Positions 58,890-64,000 of a stretch of DNA of 64,000 bases are shown here, in pieces. Below the pieces are notes generated by a model. It saw only the letters and a program-made list of their open reading frames with translations, was not told the DNA's origin and did no database searches. The DNA lies in NCBI RefSeq assembly GCF_009914755.1, contig NC_060925.1, one strand, 5' to 3'. How positions within the stretch are numbered: position 1 is the first letter of the stretch; every line of letters begins with the position of its first letter. The stretch comes from the human T2T-CHM13v2.0 reference genome, Homo sapiens. The position numbers and the translations under genes were made by a program.

Positions 58890-60900
58890 AACAAACTTTA
58901 TTTTTTAAGAAGTTTTAGTTCACAGCAAAATTGAGCAGAAGGTACAGAGAGTTCCTGTATACCCCCTGCCCCCACACACAGCCTGTTCCACTATCAACAT
59001 CCTGCATTAGAGGGCTACATTTTTTACCATCAGTGAACCTACAATGACATGTCATTATCACCCAAAGTCCATAATTCACATTAGGGTTCACTCTTGGTGT
59101 TGTCTCTGGGTTTGGACAAATTTATAACACATATCCACTATTACAGTATCATACAGAATATTTCCACTGCTCTAGAAATCCTTTGTGCTCCACCTATTCA
59201 TCCTTCATTCCCCACTTGGCATCTTTTTTAGTGAAGTATGTGTTCAGGTCTTTTGCCCATTTTTAAAATAGGGTTGTTCATTTTCTTACTGTTGCGTTTT
59301 AAGAGTTCTTTGTGTATTTTGGATAACAGTCCTTTATTTAATGTATCTTTTGCAAATATTTTCTCTCAGTTTGTGGTTTGTCTTATTCTCTTGAAGGTGT
59401 CTTTCACAGAGCAGAAGTTTTAAATTTTGATGAAGTCCAGCCTGTCAATTATTTCTTTCATGGATCTTGTCTTTGGTGTTTTATCTTAAACATCATTGCC
59501 ATACCCAAGAGCATCTAGATGTTCTCCTATGCTATCTTCTAGGAGTTTTGTTATTTTTATTTTACATTTAAATTTATGATCCTTTCACAAAATTAACAAA
59601 AATGAGCTAATTTTTGAAAGGTTTAAGGTCTATATCTCGATCGGTTTTTTGCCATGTGAAGCTTCAGTTGTTCTAGCACCTTTTGTTGAAAAGACTGTCT
59701 TTTCTCCATCGTATTGCCTTTGCTCCTTTGTCAAAGTTCAGTTGACCATATTTATATGATTCTATTTTGGGGCTCTCTGTTCTGTTCCAATGATCTATTT
59801 GTCTATTTTGCCAGTACCACACCATCTTGATTACTGTGGCTTTGTAGTAAGTTTCGAAGCCATGTAATGCCAATCCTTTAAATTTGTTCATCTCCTTCAA
59901 TGTTGTGTTGGCTATCCTAGGTGATTTGCCTCTCCATATAAACTTTAGAATCAGTTTGTCGATATCTACAAAATAACTTGCTGGGATTTTCACTGGGATT
60001 GTATTGAATCTATAGATCAAGTTAGGAAGAACTGTCAAATAGATAATATTGAGTCTGTCTATCCATGAACATGGAATATATCTCCATTTATTTAGTTCTT
60101 CTTTGAGTTATTTCATCAGAGCTTTATAGTTTTTCTCACACAGATGTTTTACATATTTTGTTAGATTTATACCTCAGTATATCATTTTTCACAGTGTTAA
60201 TGTAAATGGTAATGTGCTTTTCATTTCAAATTCCATGTGTTAGTTGCTGGCATATGGAAAAATCATTAACTTTTATATATTAACCATGTATCCTGCAACC
60301 TTGCTAAAATTGCTTATTAGTTCCAGAAGTTTGCTTTGTTTTGGTTTTTTTTGTCAATTCTTTCAAATTTACTACACAGATGATCATGTCATCTGTGAAC
60401 AAAGATAGTTTTATTTCTTCCTTCCCAATCTTAAACTTGTTATTCTCTTTTTTTTATTATTATACTTTAAGTTCTAGGGTACATGTGCACAGTGTGCAGG
60501 TTTGTTACATATGTATACATGTGCCATTTCTTGTCTTATCAGATCGACTAGAAATTCTAATGCAATGTTGAAAAGAAGTGAAGAGATGAGACATGCTTGC
60601 TTTATTCCTACCTTAGTAGGAAAGCTTCTAGTTTCTCATCAAGTATAATGTTAGCAGTAGTTTTTTGTTTGTTTGTAGGTTTTCTTTATCAAGTTGAGGA
60701 GAGTCCCCTCTATTCCTAGCTTGCCAAGAATTTTTTTTATCATTAGTGAATATTGGAGTATGTCAAATGCCTTTCGGCATCTCTTGATACAATTGTGTGA
60801 TTTTTCTTCTTTAGCCTGTTAATATGAATCACAATAATTGATTTTCAAGTGTTGAACCAGCCTTTCATACCTGCCATAAATTCCACTTGGTCATGGTGTA
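58890..60900 (-). mobile_element. L1M (MA/MB-like) 3' region with ORF2 remnant
   Basis: Minus-strand ORF 59673-60038 [16 protein letters not shown]...[13 protein letters not shown] matches L1 ORF2; L1M 3' end at about 58890. Confidence 0.9.
60448..60527 (-). mobile_element. ~80-bp L1PA 3' terminus nested in the older L1M
   Basis: TTTTTTTTATTATTATACTTTAAGTTCTAGGGTACATGTGCAC...TATACATGTGCCAT. Confidence 0.9.
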
Positions 60901-61091
60901 AACAAGCGTCTCAATACTTTTTTAAAGTTTTCATTATGGACATTTTGAAAAATATACAAAAGTAGGGAGAATGGTGAACCTGCATGTACCCATCTCCCAA
61001 CTTCATCAGGTACCAATCCCTGGCCAGTCTTGATTCCTCTACATTTCTACTCAGTCACCCCTTCCAAACACTTGGGTTGTTGGGTTTTTTA

Positions 61092-61420
<329 letters not shown>

Positions 61421-61944
61421 TTATTCCTAAATATTTCAACATGTATCTCTAAAAAGCAAGGATTTTTTTCTCTGTTTCAAACAAATACCCTAACCTAACC
61501 TACCTTAAAATTTTAACAATTTATTAATATCATTGAAAATTAAGTCAGCCAGGTGTGGTGGCACATGTCTGTAGTCCCAGCTACTTGGCAGAAGCTGGGA
61601 TCCGAATAAAGGTCTACTTGGAGTCTAAAGCTCAGCACCACCCACCCTATCCCAGGCCATCCCTCTTCTAGAATCACAGACTGAGCCTCTCTCACACTTG
61701 TTGATGGCCACCCAGCCCCTTCCAGTGAGCATGTCCATTCAGTTTACTTCCACAGTCACTGAGCCAACAGTGCTGCTCCGAACTACCTAGGTGGATACCC
61801 AGGGCCCAGTACCAGGCCTTTCCCAGGTACTGGGGTTTGTGGACCAGAAGGAAAACCTCCACCTTCTGAACCTCAGAGGTAGACAGTGAGGCAGGGAGAA
61901 GAGGGTCTCCAGAGCACTAAGAGGAAATCAGCTATCTATCCGAC

Positions 61945-62100
61945 ACCTTCCCCTTCTCTCTCATTTCCCCCGTTCTCCTCCCCTCCTCTTGGCCTCCCCT
62001 TCCCATTCTCGCCAGTTTCGTCCCACTCCCCTCCTTCACCCCCATCTCCTCCTCCCTCCTCCTCCCTCCTCCTCCCACTCTCCTCCTTCTCTCTGCCTCT
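61945..62100. repeat. Polypyrimidine (CCT-rich) low-complexity tract
   Basis: Seen directly. Confidence 0.85.
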
Positions 62101-62520
62101 GTCCCACAGCCACCTGCACCCACCATCCCTACTGACAAACCCCCTGATCCCCTTCACCAAGTGTCTTCAACAAGTGAGGGGAGAAAACATAATTTAAACT
62201 TGAGCCTCAGGAGAAAAAGACAAAGGAGGAAAGCAGAAATGAGAGTGGCTCCTGCAACAAGGAGTTGTCACTGCCTTTAAGTCAGTGCCAGCAGGGAGAC
62301 CACCCTGGATCCTGTCATTCTCTGGGCTTCTTATCACCAGCAACCTGTGCCCAGCCTTACTAAACACCAGGAGGGAGAACAAAGGAAGAAAACAGGAAGA
62401 AAAACAGGTGTGTGGGGGAGGGCTGAGATGTGTGAGTAATATCACTTAGTTTTAGCCACCTCTAATTTTCCATCTTGTCATCACATACAATTTCTTCTTC
62501 CCTCTCCTCCCCATTCCCAG

Positions 62521-62610
62521 CTGAACAATGATTTCCAAATTAGTGGCTCATTCTGGCTTTATCATACAATAAATCTGTGGGCAGCGCACTTCTCTCACGG
62601 AAGACATCAA
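62521..62610 (+). other. Candidate 90-nt internal exon
   Basis: About 25-nt pyrimidine tract ending in CCCAG| at 62520; CAA|GTAAGT donor at 62611; no repeat recognised; open in phase 0. Confidence 0.35.
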
Positions 62611-64000
62611 GTAAGTGAGCGCACTAAAATGGGCCCCCATCTTCTGAAAGAAAGGGAGATTAGGGGCGCTTGTCATCTTTAGCTTCATGACCTTAAGCAA
62701 GTTATGTGGCCTCTGGGCATCAGTTTTCTCATCTCTAAAGTGGGGATATATACAGTGGCTCTCTCATAAATTGATGGAGATTGAAGGAGTTACTATGTGT
62801 AAAGCACCTACAGTGCCAAGTACATAGGATTAAGTGCTCCATAAATGCTACCTAAGTTATTACCGTGATGGACAGCATCCTCAGCTGCAGCTCTGTGGCT
62901 GAACTCTGCCTGTCTGAAGCACGGGCTGCTCCTGGGGGCACAGAAATGCTGTCTGAATACTCTTAGATTTCACTCAGGATACAGACTAAAGCTCAACTCT
63001 CATGCCTCTGGGGTTTGCATGTGCTTTTGACCCAGGACTCTTTTCCTCCTTCTCCTTCTTCCTCTTTGAAGAGCTGTGCATCTTCAAGACCTAGCTCAAA
63101 TGTCACCTGTTCTAGGAAGCCTTCCTGACTTCCCAGACCATTAGTCCCTCTTTGCTCAGTGTACCTGTGTCACGTTGTGCAGAACCTTTACCTAAGGAAG
63201 CAGAAGGGCTCTCTGTGTCCAAGGTGTGGTTAGTATCTGTTCAGCCACTTCTGTGCAGCAGGTGGTGAATACATGTTCCCTGTGTGGAGCTCAAATATGG
63301 ATCCCCTGGATGATGGAGATTCGTTGTTGATTCATTAGCCAGCATTCCACCACAAAGAGTTAGTGAGGACCTGCTGTGAACCAAGGACCAGGTCCTTGAA
63401 GTTTTAATCTATAGCTGAAGAATTACCTATGTCAAGAAACAGTCTGTACCACAACATTCTAAACCTCAACCATGTCAGATATTTGGTAGAAAACAGGACA
63501 CACAATATCCTCACACTCAGAGTCTTTGTTCTACTCAGGCCAGCTTGTAAGTCAGTAGACATACACAGAGAGAAAGAAAATACAGAAATACAGCAAACCT
63601 AAGATAGATTAAAACCAGCTGTCCCCAAAGGGGATAAAAACCAGCATTATGGATCAACCATTTGTTGCTGGAACTTTACATTCCCTGTGTCATCTCATCC
63701 CTGTGAGGCAGGGACTATTATCATTCCCTAGATAAGAGAGCTGAAGCTCAGAGAGGTAAAGTGACTTCCCTAGGCTCACAGTCAAATGTGGCAGATCTGA
63801 GACTGCAGCCCAGTTCTGTCTCACTGGGAAATGTGTGCTTTTTCTGCTTTATGAGGCTGCCCCAAACACGTGCCAGACGCCATCAAATAATCTCCCCTCC
63901 CTCCATTTGACTCGGCTGCCTCCTGAGCTTCATTCACATCCTGAGGTTATTTATGAGTTCACCATTAATCAGAGATCAGTTGTCCACATATATTCTGACT

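Overview
Primate (human-like) non-coding genomic DNA, dense in MIR and L2 repeats and also carrying Alu, L1, ERVL/MaLR LTR and DNA-transposon relics. I could not identify any intact protein-coding gene, nor the chromosomal locus. The only protein-like sequence is a full-length RPS2 processed pseudogene (47055-48036) with a 15-bp TSD, one nonsense codon and a tandemly duplicated 3' UTR. A ~0.9-kb CpG island (53930-54850) carries two same-strand CTCF motifs. Several repeat-free, TAAT/TTTAT-rich blocks look like developmental enhancers. The most unusual structure is a set of locally templated insertions. (1) An L1PA insertion at 11878-12860 has a 5' end made of an inverted duplicate of its own sequence plus a ~188-bp inverted copy of genomic DNA from ~600 bp upstream. 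(2) A ~173-bp inverted local duplication lies at 35369-36009. (3) A 47-bp copy with palindromic AT-rich filler lies at 25335-25425. These look like fossil template-switch repair events, not a new biological system. Repeat subfamily names come from recalled consensus motifs, and boundaries of old repeats are approximate.
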